From an uncultured Verrucomicrobiae bacterium (lineage in GTDB: Bacteria > Verrucomicrobiota > Verrucomicrobiia > Chthoniobacterales > JAATET01): DNA of 64,000 nucleotides. Positions 1-9,834 of the stretch are shown here, piece by piece. The DNA lies in the NCBI GenBank assembly GCA_963719495.1, contig CAVRCI010000002.1, positions 544,001 through 608,000 on the forward strand, written 5' to 3'. A model generated the notes under the pieces. That model made no database searches. It was not told the DNA's origin and saw only the letters and a program-made list of their open reading frames with translations. How positions within the stretch are numbered: position 1 is the stretch's first letter; each line of letters begins with the position of its first letter. Position numbers and translations under genes: made by a program.

Positions 1-161
1 TCTTTCTGCGAATCGGCCTACGTCGTCGTGGGTACTGATTTACCTATTTGGCCGCCAGGCATCTGACGAAAAATCAGTGGCGAATTAGGATCTATTGCGC
101 GAACATGAGATGACTTATAATTCCGATAGCGAGAAGCCTTCGGGTAACGACAATTCATCTG

Positions 162-1247
162 ATGGCGATTATACAATCCACCGAAGGCGACCAAATATTA
201 ATTGACTGCTTTCAGTGGAGATTCGGGAATGGCGCAACTGCTGAACTGAGCAAGTTTCATAACGAGTTGAGCAAGACTCAGTTCTCATTCAACTTACTCG
301 AACAACTTCGAACACGTGAATTTCCTGGGTATCCCAGCTTTGAGGTGGGGATGCCAGACAACTACTACTACTTTGTGCCCGACTCTGGGTGGGGAAGTTC
401 TAAGCCGTTTCCCAACAACTGCCTCGATCCAAATTTCGTGTATTGCATCGATGGAGCCGGTCTGAACCTCGGATGTCCCCTACGCCTCCACGCGGCGCTA
501 GCCTGCGCGTCGAAGCTCGGACGGGAGAATGTTGACAGTTGCGTGAAAGAGTTGGGCTTATCGACAAAGCACTTGTCCGCGGTCGAAGAACTGCTCTGGG
601 CGGACATCTGGATGCCAGAAGTAAAAGTTTTGCGCGCGGTACATCCGAAAACCGGTCGTTGGTATGATTGGGACATATCAACAGCGTCGAAGCCGATAAG
701 GCTGGAGGTGAAGTTTCATAAGTCGGATTGGCCGCGGGTGGAAGACGCATACCATCTACCAATTCCAGACAAGATTTTGGCGAGCGCCTCCGGGCAACTG
801 ACTGAGACGGGCGACCATTACAACGTCGTAGGAATAACGCTGATGGAGACGCCGCGCCTCAATTACTTGGCTGCACTAGAAGGTGAGTTGGCGGCCCATA
901 CGAACATTGATGCCGTAATTTTGAAGTCGTTTGCGGGCGACATAGGGGTCTATTCTATGACCCAAGCGACTGCAGAGATGATTGCCTCTTCGATTGTGCG
1001 GCGACCGGCGGACCAGTTCCAACTCTTCTACACCTTTATCGAGAACATTTCGCAGAAGAACGACCGGCTGGCCCAGCGGTCCGCCCAGGCGGTCGCAGAT
1101 CAGCCTTCCCAACTCTCCTGCGTGAAGGTTCAGTGCCTTCCACCTCGTAAGATGGGCATTCTACCAGATCTGCCCTATCGCGTTGGAATCGACTCCCGAG
1201 ATCCTCTTACCGACGAGCCCCACTTTTACACGATTTGTCCTTACTAG
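162..1247 (+). CDS. Hypothetical protein with a probable PD-(D/E)xK nuclease-like motif (island cargo)
   Basis: 361-aa ORF. The segment EELLWA...GRWYDWDISTASKPIRLEVKF has the E...D...ExK spacing of restriction-endonuclease-like folds. It lies in the AT-richer island region. Confidence 0.6.
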   Translation: MAIIQSTEGDQILIDCFQWRFGNGATAELSKFHNELSKTQFSFNLLEQLRTREFPGYPSFEVGMPDNYYYFVPDSGWGSSKPFPNNCLDPNFVYCIDGAGLNLGCPLRLHAALACASKLGRENVDSCVKELGLSTKHLSAVEELLWADIWMPEVKVLRAVHPKTGRWYDWDISTASKPIRLEVKFHKSDWPRVEDAYHLPIPDKILASASGQLTETGDHYNVVGITLMETPRLNYLAALEGELAAHTNIDAVILKSFAGDIGVYSMTQATAEMIASSIVRRPADQFQLFYTFIENISQKNDRLAQRSAQAVADQPSQLSCVKVQCLPPRKMGILPDLPYRVGIDSRDPLTDEPHFYTICPY

Positions 1248-1356
1248 AACCGGCATCCCCCGCTTCTCTCCGAGCCTGAAGACATGTGCGTACTCGTGCT
1301 TGTCGGCGACGTCTGTTCGCCCGCTACGAGGCCACGCTGGATCGCCGCCCTCGCTC

Positions 1357-1503
1357 GAGTGTTCGATCACCGTGCGTTACGGACGAATCGGAAACCGCGG
1401 TGAAAGCCAGACCAAGACCTTTGATTCAACCGAACGGGCAGCGCGAGAAGTCGCCAAGCTCCCGTTGGAGAAGACGCGCAAGGGCTACGTTGAGGCTACC
1501 TGA
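1357..1503 (+). pseudogene. WGR-domain fragment (N-terminus apparently missing)
   Basis: ITVRYGRIGNRGESQTKTFDSTERAAREVAKLPLEKTRKGYVE matches the second half of a WGR domain. No WGR-like N-terminal strand or credible start lies upstream. Confidence 0.6.
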
Positions 1504-1787
1504 GTCAGATTGAACCCCTGCCACAGAGGCGAAGCAACGTGTGCCGTCTTTCGTTGCCTGGCGTTATATCGACGGCTTCGGGATGGACTCTCCGTTCCTG
1601 AGAATTCCCTCAGCGGACTACGCTAGAACCAACAGGGCTTCGCGGTGTGGTGATTGATGAATTTTGCCGCTTTCGACGGTCCGGATGAAATCGGTGTGAG
1701 CTAACAGAGGCTCGTCTGGAATCGACAAATCTTATTGCGAAGTGGCGCAGGCCGGTACCGCTGAAATGCAATCAGTATCTTTGATGC

Positions 1788-2150
1788 ATGACTCAAGCAG
1801 AACTCTATCTCCGCACTGATGAATTTCCACTATGGAATGGTTATAAGCGACCGAAAGTGCTTCGTCGCGACGAATTCGGACGTTTGATATTTGGCGATGG
1901 GTCATGGGTCGAATACACCGCATCCGGGGAAGCGAATACAGGGATGTATTCGCCAACGGAATGGCGAGCGGCAGAGGTGGATGCATGGAATAAAGGCAGA
2001 AGCGACCGGCTTGGCTTCCAGAAGATGAGCGCGGACTTCGTTGGCGATACTCGTCGTCACCCCGCGAGGGTTTGCGAACAATACCGCGGCGGGTTTTTCT
2101 CAGTGGAGAATTGGCCGAGGCGATCCCGCGTCGAACAGAAGTTTAGCTGA
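1788..2150 (+). CDS. Hypothetical protein
   Basis: 120-aa ATG-started ORF with natural-looking composition, convergent with the recombinase gene. No motif recognised. Confidence 0.35.
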   Translation: MTQAELYLRTDEFPLWNGYKRPKVLRRDEFGRLIFGDGSWVEYTASGEANTGMYSPTEWRAAEVDAWNKGRSDRLGFQKMSADFVGDTRRHPARVCEQYRGGFFSVENWPRRSRVEQKFS

Positions 2151-3867
2151 ACAGTCCGTCAATCGAGGCTCTCATGGAAGGATTGCTCAGAGAATCGCGC
2201 ATCCGATCCCATCGAAGTTTGGCCTGCAACAGGGTGTGGATCGGTTGAGCGAAATTGTAGGTTTTTCGCGTAGTTACCCGGCTCGCGTGCCCTGCAATTT
2301 TCGCCATAAAATCGACCGGGTCTTCGGCACGGGTGTGTTCTGCGAACGAATTGAGGGCTTTCCCGCGAAATATGAAATTCGAAAGATGCTTTTCTACAAA
2401 AGGAAGTGCTGAGAGACACGGGTCATGTGCCAGCGCAAGCCTAACTGACAGCCAAGTTATCCCCATACGACGCAAGTCATGAAGACGCGGTCGCTTTGAC
2501 CAGTGAAAATCTTTGCGGAGTAAGTCCGCGTAAGCGTTATGAATTTCCGCGTGATCGATCACTTCAGAGAGTAGCGTTCGATCTATACCCGCGAGATCCA
2601 AGAAAGTTCGATAGCGATCTGAGGTGGAAAGGGAAGTGATCCACTGTTGAATGAATTCCACGTCGGTTTCAGGCAGGAGATGTCCCAGAGGAAGACGGAA
2701 GTATGCGCATTTTGCGACTTTCGTGCGACCAAGGCAGAGTAGGGGAAAAACATCTTCGAAAAACCCTTCTGGCGTAACGCCAAACAGGCAACTCAGCCGC
2801 CTGCCGCAGCTTGTAATCAAGAGTATAACTCGACGAGCACAACACTCGGTTTGGTCCAATGATGGGTAAGGGCTATCGAGACCGAAGTGATTTCGAAAAG
2901 CATCTAGACCAACCAGATAAACTTTCAGGCTGCTCTGTCGCCGATAGCCCTCATCGAAGTGCGCTTTGAGTCGATCCACCATCTCCCTTGGACAGACGCG
3001 ATAGAGCAATTTGGCCGCGGAAGAATCGTGGGAGGTAAACGCGAAACGCCCTTGAGACTTCGATTCTTCTGACAGTCGCAAGACGAGGCGTGGAAGAGAT
3101 GCGAGAGTTCGAAGCAGCGAGAGTCCCGCAACCGCACCATTTGCACGGAGGTTTTGCCGGGTGATCCTCTTCCTACAGATTTGAACTAGCCAATGCGTGG
3201 CTTCACGATCTTTGCCAAGTGTGGCTCTGCTTTCTGCCTCATCCAAGATTTCTCCGATGTTCTCTCTGAGTTTCTCGTCTTTTAGGCATTCATTGATAGA
3301 CTTTTTCGTCTGGAAAAAGACCGGAAACTCATCCGCAATTCTTAGCCGCGAGCGGGATTCCTTTGAAATCACACCCTTCATCATGTCGAGGTCAAGCGAC
3401 ACCGGATTGGCACAGGTCAAGGTGCCGTTGACATATCCGATTGTAACCGAAGAAAAATGCTCAGCCGTATCTGCTTCCAGAAGTTTCCCGAGCGCTTGGA
3501 TGGGATCAACTTTAAAACCGAATTTGTAGTGTGATGCCTGGACCAAGAGGTCACTAATTTTACCTTCAGTCAGGATTGTTTTTAGATTGGGAGGCCCGTC
3601 AAATCCTCGAAAAGGATTCCAGACTATGCGCGGCCCGCCTTTCGTCTCGAGTTGGAGCCACTCGTCTTCGCAGACCCAAGCGGATTGCAAAACGATTGCC
3701 TCAAGCCCGCGTAGCCCAACAGGCAGGAGACGCACTCGAAGGAGGAAATCCCAGACGGTATGCGGGGATGCTTGAGTAGCGACTACCTCGTTTAGTGCGT
3801 TGGATAGTTGGCGTCTGCCTTCGGTGGAAGAGTAGCCGTCGCGTTGGCGGGACGATCTGGTTTTCAT
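2143..3867 (-). CDS. Large tyrosine recombinase/integrase-family protein (574 aa)
   Basis: The C-terminal catalytic set is complete: LLITSCGRRLSCL (R), GRTKV (K), LHDLRR (HxxR), IAGHAS (H), TRKTY (Y). The ATG at 3867 overlaps the upstream stop (ATGA). Confidence 0.8.
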   Translation of the reverse strand: MKTRSSRQRDGYSSTEGRRQLSNALNEVVATQASPHTVWDFLLRVRLLPVGLRGLEAIVLQSAWVCEDEWLQLETKGGPRIVWNPFRGFDGPPNLKTILTEGKISDLLVQASHYKFGFKVDPIQALGKLLEADTAEHFSSVTIGYVNGTLTCANPVSLDLDMMKGVISKESRSRLRIADEFPVFFQTKKSINECLKDEKLRENIGEILDEAESRATLGKDREATHWLVQICRKRITRQNLRANGAVAGLSLLRTLASLPRLVLRLSEESKSQGRFAFTSHDSSAAKLLYRVCPREMVDRLKAHFDEGYRRQSSLKVYLVGLDAFRNHFGLDSPYPSLDQTECCARRVILLITSCGRRLSCLFGVTPEGFFEDVFPLLCLGRTKVAKCAYFRLPLGHLLPETDVEFIQQWITSLSTSDRYRTFLDLAGIDRTLLSEVIDHAEIHNAYADLLRKDFHWSKRPRLHDLRRMGITWLSVRLALAHDPCLSALPFVEKHLSNFIFRGKALNSFAEHTRAEDPVDFMAKIAGHASRVTTRKTYNFAQPIHTLLQAKLRWDRMRDSLSNPSMRASIDGLFS

Positions 3868-6038
3868 AAGGTTGCCCAGGCGAAATTTAGTTTTGTTAGA
3901 AGATGCACCGCGGCTGCTTCGCATTCTTCATACATCACTGGCATGCGCTGCGAATCGGGAGATCTCGGACTGCGAGCACGAGATGGAAAATGATCATGGA
4001 TCGCCTGAATGGCGTCCTCTGCCAGGACGTCATCGTCGCGGAGGATCGTGTTGCTGTAATTGCGCATTGCTCTACGATGCAGGTATTGGAATGCCTCAGT
4101 GCGTGGGTTCGCGGCCAGAGAGTCGGATACCGTCCGGTGAATGGGAGGTAACTCCACGAGCTGATTTTCTTTAAGCGCCAAGAACCAATAAATGCGTTGG
4201 TCCACGTAATCGGCTCCTCTTAAACCGGTTTCCCGGAACCTTGCCAAATACTGGTGGAGCGAGCGGTTCAGGGTGAACAGCACCGAGCGAAGCGACTGCG
4301 TGTAAACGATCGTGCGAGAATATTCTTTCTCCCTAACATCTCGGATGATGTCGCGAGTGGAAATTCGCACTCGGGCGTTCAGGCGGAGGGGTTCGAACGC
4401 ATCCCTGTTGCGGGTAAATGTGAGCAGGTTCTCGGCTAACCGTGCGGCGGCAGCAATGACGTTGGAGGCGGCAATCAGCTCCTCCGCATTCTGTAGGCTC
4501 GGTGGCTGGATAAGATCGCCGACCGTTTCAAACAAAGTCGACAAGCATTCCGTAGTCGGACAAAGCGCACTCCCAGTCGGATCGAGACCCTGAGCGTCGC
4601 AGAAAAAATTAGGGTCGATCTCCGTTCGGCAAAGCTTCGTGATCACTGGCAAGCAGTTGCTTGGGTCATAGTGGATATAGTGCATCCAGCCCGGTCGGTT
4701 TTGCCGCAGTGCATTAATACCAAGTTCATAGTAAATTGCCGGAATCTTCGTCCACAGGGGAAAGTTATGGAGCAGTGCTGAGCATAGTGAGGGGATCGTG
4801 ATTCCGAGCGAGTTTGCTTCCAGCCACGCACTCGCTTCGCATTGCAGATCGGTGTTGCCCGCCTCGAGTTGGCGTTGTATTGCGGCGCCGATACCTTTTG
4901 TAGTAAACGAAACGAAGGTCTTGGTGGGGAGTCGGTGGATTGTCGTGTCAACGACCAATGAATCTTGCCATAGCTTAACTGGACGCTGAATGACAGCGCA
5001 CGCCGAGCGCAATTGGATATTCTGCGGAAGGATCTCCCAAGGTTTGACAGCGGAGGAAATTAGAAAAGCAACCGCCACCGCTCCCGGCTGTTCGAGCGAT
5101 GAGCACGCGGTCCTGAGCAGCGAGCGAAGCTCGGGAAAGCAGGGGATTCCGGGTCCGGCGACGCGACTCAGACTCGGAATTTTGTCTGAGTTCCGCAGCG
5201 CGTTTTCCGTAATTCCGACTGGCGTCATCGGTGTTCGGAGATTGTCCGGTTCCGAGAAGAAAAGGAATTTGCGAAGCCTGTTGGGGTATCCTCTAAGTTC
5301 GGACTCGATGGTAGTCTCATTCTCGCCGCGCAGAGCCACGCTGGCAGATGACCAGTTGCCCGAGATTCGGGTGAAGATGTCCAACATGGGTTTTTTTTCC
5401 CTTTGAGTCTCCGCATCAGCAAGCGAACGGAGTGCTAGGAGACGTCGGCGAGTAAACTCGGGGGAAATCGAGTCGCTCGTACATGCAAGTTTCTCCGCCG
5501 GCGTCATGTGGGTCGCATTGTTCGACGAATAATCCGAGGCTACGAGGTGACGATGTTGATCGAGTATCCGCTTCCGAACTGAACTCGAATCGATTTTGCC
5601 GTCGCCTTTCAGCCCATTCACAAGGCAGGTTGCAAAGACGAGATCGAGAGTCTCCCTCAACATCTCAAGGTGGATGGTGTTCCAAGCTATCAGCGGAGAT
5701 GCACCTGTCGATTGAGCTGTCCTGAGAAGCGTCGGCAGACTCGGCAAGTTTTCACACGGGTTTCTCGCAATAATGAATCCCAACGGACACTCATTCTCGT
5801 AAGGGCGCTCGAGGATTTGCTCTGGGGGAGCCATGGCAAATGCCGTTCGTAACTCAGCATGCAAAACGGCATCTTTCACGAACGGTAACGTGCCGATCAA
5901 AATTCTCCGGAGGCCGCGCGGCTTCTCTGCAGAGAAATACAGCGATTCGGGATTTTCTAGTCCGTCGAAGACGAGAAAATCGGCTCCAGCGATGGCCTTC
6001 CGTACGAGGTGAATGAGATGCGAGTCGTTGGCATTCAT
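3864..6038 (-). CDS. Large protein with degenerate tyrosine-recombinase-like motifs (724 aa)
   Basis: LLTFTRNRDAF is box-I-like and LHRRAMRNYSNTIL...AIQAIHDH is box-II-like. ATGA overlaps with both neighbours. Confidence 0.65.
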   Translation of the reverse strand: MNANDSHLIHLVRKAIAGADFLVFDGLENPESLYFSAEKPRGLRRILIGTLPFVKDAVLHAELRTAFAMAPPEQILERPYENECPLGFIIARNPCENLPSLPTLLRTAQSTGASPLIAWNTIHLEMLRETLDLVFATCLVNGLKGDGKIDSSSVRKRILDQHRHLVASDYSSNNATHMTPAEKLACTSDSISPEFTRRRLLALRSLADAETQREKKPMLDIFTRISGNWSSASVALRGENETTIESELRGYPNRLRKFLFFSEPDNLRTPMTPVGITENALRNSDKIPSLSRVAGPGIPCFPELRSLLRTACSSLEQPGAVAVAFLISSAVKPWEILPQNIQLRSACAVIQRPVKLWQDSLVVDTTIHRLPTKTFVSFTTKGIGAAIQRQLEAGNTDLQCEASAWLEANSLGITIPSLCSALLHNFPLWTKIPAIYYELGINALRQNRPGWMHYIHYDPSNCLPVITKLCRTEIDPNFFCDAQGLDPTGSALCPTTECLSTLFETVGDLIQPPSLQNAEELIAASNVIAAAARLAENLLTFTRNRDAFEPLRLNARVRISTRDIIRDVREKEYSRTIVYTQSLRSVLFTLNRSLHQYLARFRETGLRGADYVDQRIYWFLALKENQLVELPPIHRTVSDSLAANPRTEAFQYLHRRAMRNYSNTILRDDDVLAEDAIQAIHDHFPSRARSPRSPDSQRMPVMYEECEAAAVHLLTKLNFAWATL

Positions 6039-6463
6039 AGCTGATAATCAAAGGCGAGTTGTCTGCCAATTTGCCGGGCCTCGGCGGGCTTGGCGCCAAT
6101 TATTTCCCCCATCGCGGGTAGGAAGTGAGCGGCGAAAATAGTCCTCAGAGCTTCCGCGAGTAATTCCTCTCGAACTCGCTCGGAAAATCCAGCAATGGGT
6201 GCCAGAAGCTGGTTCTCGATCGTGACCTGAATCCTACAAATTTCGCCTCTTGTTCGAGACGAACGATCGAGAGTTGAAATCTTTTGATCACGCAGCTCAA
6301 GCAGAGCTTCTTTTAGGTGATTTTGGATAACCTGTTCAACCGCGGCCCGCTCGACACTTAAATAGGACATCACGGGGTCATCGATCGTCAATCGAGCCCC
6401 TATCCGAAGATGCGCAGGCAATTCTGCGCGGAGCTTTAGAATCGAAGGACTTTTAGCGCTCAT
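6035..6463 (-). CDS. Hypothetical protein (142 aa) in the recombinase operon
   Basis: ATG at 6463 has a GGAGGT Shine-Dalgarno at ~6472-6477 on the minus strand. The gene overlaps the xis-like stop and is coupled to the 724-aa gene. Confidence 0.65.
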   Translation of the reverse strand: MSAKSPSILKLRAELPAHLRIGARLTIDDPVMSYLSVERAAVEQVIQNHLKEALLELRDQKISTLDRSSRTRGEICRIQVTIENQLLAPIAGFSERVREELLAEALRTIFAAHFLPAMGEIIGAKPAEARQIGRQLAFDYQL

Positions 6464-6689
6464 CGCCAGACACCTCCGTTTGATTTGCTTGCGCCGCCTG
6501 CTTGCGCATCCAAGCGAGCAAACGCAAGCGATCGTTTTCTGAATATCGCCGGGAAGATTGTCGGTTTGGCCCTGACTTGATGCCGCTGACCCCGGCGCGC
6601 GCCATGAGACGAACGACACTTGTTCTGTGAAGGCCCAATTGTAAGCCGATATCATTTGCGGTAGAGTAGGTGTTCGATGAAGAGGTCAT
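6453..6689 (-). CDS. Small HTH DNA-binding protein, excisionase/AlpA/MerR-like (78 aa)
   Basis: YSTANDIGLQLGLHRTSVVRLMARAGV...SRRYSENDRL is a winged-HTH pattern typical of Xis/RDF proteins. It is the first gene of the operon. Confidence 0.7.
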   Translation of the reverse strand: MTSSSNTYSTANDIGLQLGLHRTSVVRLMARAGVSGIKSGPNRQSSRRYSENDRLRLLAWMRKQAAQANQTEVSGDER

Positions 6690-8614
6690 GCAAACGACAG
6701 AGCGTGACGGTAAAAAATGGCTCCCCTGAGATCGAGGAGCCCCCGGATGAGCGTGCTGCAATCATTCGAAAGAAATCCCTCTCCACGATTGCCGACATTG
6801 CCGGCGTCTGGGTAGGAGACGGGTGCTTCGCTGTCACGGTAGCGTTCTCGAGTCCTGTAGAGGCTCGATTCGCCGCAGGGATTTATGGAATCACCGCGGA
6901 CGACAAGTTGGCTCTGCGATCTCTCGCCGAGTTTCCCCGGTTTCCCGATCGAGCTTACTCCTGGACAGATATGTGCGGGGCGGACCGGGTGGGAGCGCAG
7001 TTTTTCCAGACGCTTCGTCTGGGGGCGTCAAAGGTGCGCTTCTCAAAATCGCCGCAAAAAGAGGTTATCGAGTGGCACCAGCGCATGAAGAAGGAGTTCT
7101 TCGGATGGTTTACTATTACCGCCTTTTTTGTGGATTCAGAGTCCGTCGGATGGATCGAAGGAACGGACGTTCTGGACAGGGATCTCGAGGGGTATTCAAA
7201 GATCACCGGAAAAAAGGGAGAGCACCTATTTTATGTAGGACTTGATCCCGAAATTACTTTGATGGCGATCCGTCAGCACATCGCCCCAGTCGGATTTATG
7301 ATGAGTGCCGCCGATATCGAAGTGACACTGTCCGGTATCTCGACTGGCTCAGCACCGGTTAGCCTTGTTACGCCGTCAAGGGACATTCATCGTGGTCCAG
7401 AGAGCTACCGGCAGAGGGCGAAGCGCCTTGCGCACACGTCTTATCGAATACTGGCGCATTCGACCTACGCACGATTCGACTCGATCGGATATGAGGAAAT
7501 TCCTGGCGGGTTGCCATTTGAGTCCCCGATCGAATATGAAGATCTTCCGCCCTTTCTGGTAGGACCCGCCGCGGCAGCGCGTGTTCTCGTTGCCCGGCAT
7601 CTTCTCCTTCCGCGAGATGGCGGTGGCTCGATTGATGAAATTCTCTACGCCGGGCGGCACGCCGTTCGCGATCGGCGGCATTTCGTTGCCGGATCCGAAA
7701 TCTGGCAAAAAGAAGGGATTCTCGAGGACGACGCGACCGACGAGTTGAAGCGGAAAGAGCTGGTAAATTTTTTCAGTCACCAACTGCTGGTTGAGTTACT
7801 TGATGCCTACTTCGATGGGCGACTGGATGCACAATTCGTGGATATTGTGGCGAGCTGGGACGAAGCAGTGGGACGGAAGGTCGATCTCGGGTGCCGTTTT
7901 TTCGGATCTGATCGTGAGGCGATTCAGTCATTGAACGAACGCCTGGAACTCGAGCCACGGGAACTGATGAGCGGGCGTTGGCACGCAGCAAGATTGAATG
8001 GTGAATCCATTTCCCATGCTCCGATGGGTCAATCGCCTCCGGAGCAATTCAACGATCGAAACCTCTATCTGACGCTGGAGGCCGAGGGGAGGTTGCTTCC
8101 GGCGGAGCTTCGTTGGGCGATCAAAAATTGCGACGCCTCACTTCTTCTCCGCGCCATCGGGGAGGATCGACTGGTGGCCTTGCTGGGCGAGCAGTTGCAG
8201 CGTCTTGAAGACGTATTCACCGTGATTCTCGAGACGCACATTCAGGAAAGCTGGAAAACTCAGGCTTGTTTCGTTGGGACAATGATCCGCAGGCGATTCG
8301 ATTTTTCAGGTGAGACGAATTTTTTCAAGGCGCGCGCGCTCGAACGGACGTGTGCTGGACTTCAACCGGCATTTTGCCGGATGCTTGCTTCGCTCGCACC
8401 GCGTTGCATTTTGGAAAACATGGCAATTTTGCTGACCGCCGGCGATCCACCGTATCCAGTCGCGATTTGGGATCGAAAATGGGTGATCGAGTCTTTCAAA
8501 AAGTTCGTCCGGAGCCACGGTCCCCGCATGTATGGGCAGGTTATAAAATCGCAATCCAAGCGCTCGAAATCAGATGGAATGTCTTTCGACGAGAATCGTC
8601 ATTCTTCGTCGTGA
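6677..8614 (+). CDS. Hypothetical protein (up to 645 aa; start uncertain)
   Basis: Long ORF in AT-richer DNA, divergent from the xis operon and convergent with the integrase. No family recognised. Confidence 0.6.
   Translation: MKRSCKRQSVTVKNGSPEIEEPPDERAAIIRKKSLSTIADIAGVWVGDGCFAVTVAFSSPVEARFAAGIYGITADDKLALRSLAEFPRFPDRAYSWTDMCGADRVGAQFFQTLRLGASKVRFSKSPQKEVIEWHQRMKKEFFGWFTITAFFVDSESVGWIEGTDVLDRDLEGYSKITGKKGEHLFYVGLDPEITLMAIRQHIAPVGFMMSAADIEVTLSGISTGSAPVSLVTPSRDIHRGPESYRQRAKRLAHTSYRILAHSTYARFDSIGYEEIPGGLPFESPIEYEDLPPFLVGPAAAARVLVARHLLLPRDGGGSIDEILYAGRHAVRDRRHFVAGSEIWQKEGILEDDATDELKRKELVNFFSHQLLVELLDAYFDGRLDAQFVDIVASWDEAVGRKVDLGCRFFGSDREAIQSLNERLELEPRELMSGRWHAARLNGESISHAPMGQSPPEQFNDRNLYLTLEAEGRLLPAELRWAIKNCDASLLLRAIGEDRLVALLGEQLQRLEDVFTVILETHIQESWKTQACFVGTMIRRRFDFSGETNFFKARALERTCAGLQPAFCRMLASLAPRCILENMAILLTAGDPPYPVAIWDRKWVIESFKKFVRSHGPRMYGQVIKSQSKRSKSDGMSFDENRHSSS
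6693..6721 (-). promoter_or_regulatory. Shared upstream motif, copy 1 (before the xis-like gene)
   Basis: AACGACAGAGCGTGACGGTAAAAAATGGC on the + strand, starting 3 nt from the minus-strand ATG at 6689. Near-identical to 9835-9862. Confidence 0.75.
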
Positions 8615-9831
8615 CGAAGAAATCCTGCGTAATATCGATCAATCATCGCGACGCTTGTTCCCATTTCTCTCGCGAGGCGGATTGACGTCCATTTGTCGAC
8701 GAATGCGCGCCGGGTCGCGAACGTGTGTCGAAAGTCGAGGCAAGTCCAGGGGAGTCCACGCGCTTCATTGGCGGCCCGCAGCGCGGAACTGAAGTTGTCA
8801 GCATCCCACTGGGCTCCACGTGGACTTGGCACGAGCCAGCGTCCCTGGAGAGTGATCAGGTGCTTTTTCAAAAACTCGCGTAGCGTCGGGGAAATCGTCA
8901 CGGATCGATGACTTTTGGAAGTCTTGAGCGAGGATTGGCGGTCGCATTCGGCATCATAGCGGGTCGTGATCGACAGGACCTTGAAATCGGCCGAGATCGA
9001 ATCGCGATCAAGCCAGAGCACTTCCGAACGGCGAAGCCCTGCCTCGATCATGATTTTAACCGCAGCGGTCAAACTCGGATCGGAAGCGACAGCGGAGTAT
9101 TGCTGCTCGATCTCTGGAGATTCGGGAGTCTGCCTCAGGAAGCTGATCTCGCTCTTTTCGCCGAGATAACTCGGTAGAGCAGCGACCGGGTTGGGCGTGT
9201 GAAAGTTCGTCACGGACATCATTCCATTCGCCAAGCAGTGCTCGAAAAAATGATGCAGAACTTCGCGGTAGTGCCGCTTCGTTTTCGTAGATGCCGGAGA
9301 CTCGCCATCGCGCGCTTTGCATCCGGCAACGAGGTCGGCGAGGAGAGTGGAGGGGATATCCTCCAAAGTCTTTCCGCGGAACTTGCCGCGCTCGGACGCA
9401 AGATGGGCGAAGCTGAGCGACGTGGCATCCGCGACGAGCGCGTCTCCAAACAACACGCGGAGTACCTTGATCTTCCCGGCGACCCAGCGGGCGCTGTTCG
9501 ATTCGGAAATATGCCGGTAGTAACTGCCGATGGCGGTCTTGAGAGGCGTGTGCGGCTTTTGGGCGCCAGGCAGTGCATCCTCAGCCACGGCTTTGGCAGA
9601 CGCCAACCCGGACAGATTTGGAGCTTCAGGCAACGTGGCGAGGATTGTCTCCGGAAGTTCGACAGCGGCGACGCGGGGATCGAGGAGCGCGAGGACTCGC
9701 TCGAGCTTATCGGAAATGAGCTGCGCTTCCGCGCGGTCCTCGGTGCCGAGACTTTGGCGAACCGGTTTCTGGGAACCAGGCACGTAATACTGGATCCAGA
9801 ACTTCCGGCGGCGTTGGGTGATCGATGGCAT
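8599..9831 (-). CDS. int: Phage/genomic-island tyrosine integrase
   Basis: N-terminal arm-binding segment (FWIQYY...RQSLGT), then AGLRRSEVLWL, LKTSKSHRSV, DFRHTFAT and MGTSVAMIDRYY. Adjacent to a tRNA 3' end. Confidence 0.92.
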   Translation of the reverse strand: MPSITQRRRKFWIQYYVPGSQKPVRQSLGTEDRAEAQLISDKLERVLALLDPRVAAVELPETILATLPEAPNLSGLASAKAVAEDALPGAQKPHTPLKTAIGSYYRHISESNSARWVAGKIKVLRVLFGDALVADATSLSFAHLASERGKFRGKTLEDIPSTLLADLVAGCKARDGESPASTKTKRHYREVLHHFFEHCLANGMMSVTNFHTPNPVAALPSYLGEKSEISFLRQTPESPEIEQQYSAVASDPSLTAAVKIMIEAGLRRSEVLWLDRDSISADFKVLSITTRYDAECDRQSSLKTSKSHRSVTISPTLREFLKKHLITLQGRWLVPSPRGAQWDADNFSSALRAANEARGLPWTCLDFRHTFATRRAFVDKWTSIRLAREMGTSVAMIDRYYAGFLRHDEE

Positions 9832-9834
9832 GTG

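Noticed and set aside
6464..6837. Upstream extensions of ORFs 6035..6655 and 6453..6761, and ORF 6652..6837
   Set aside because: Better-supported starts exist at 6463 (SD) and 6689 (shared motif spacing). The extensions overlap other genes.
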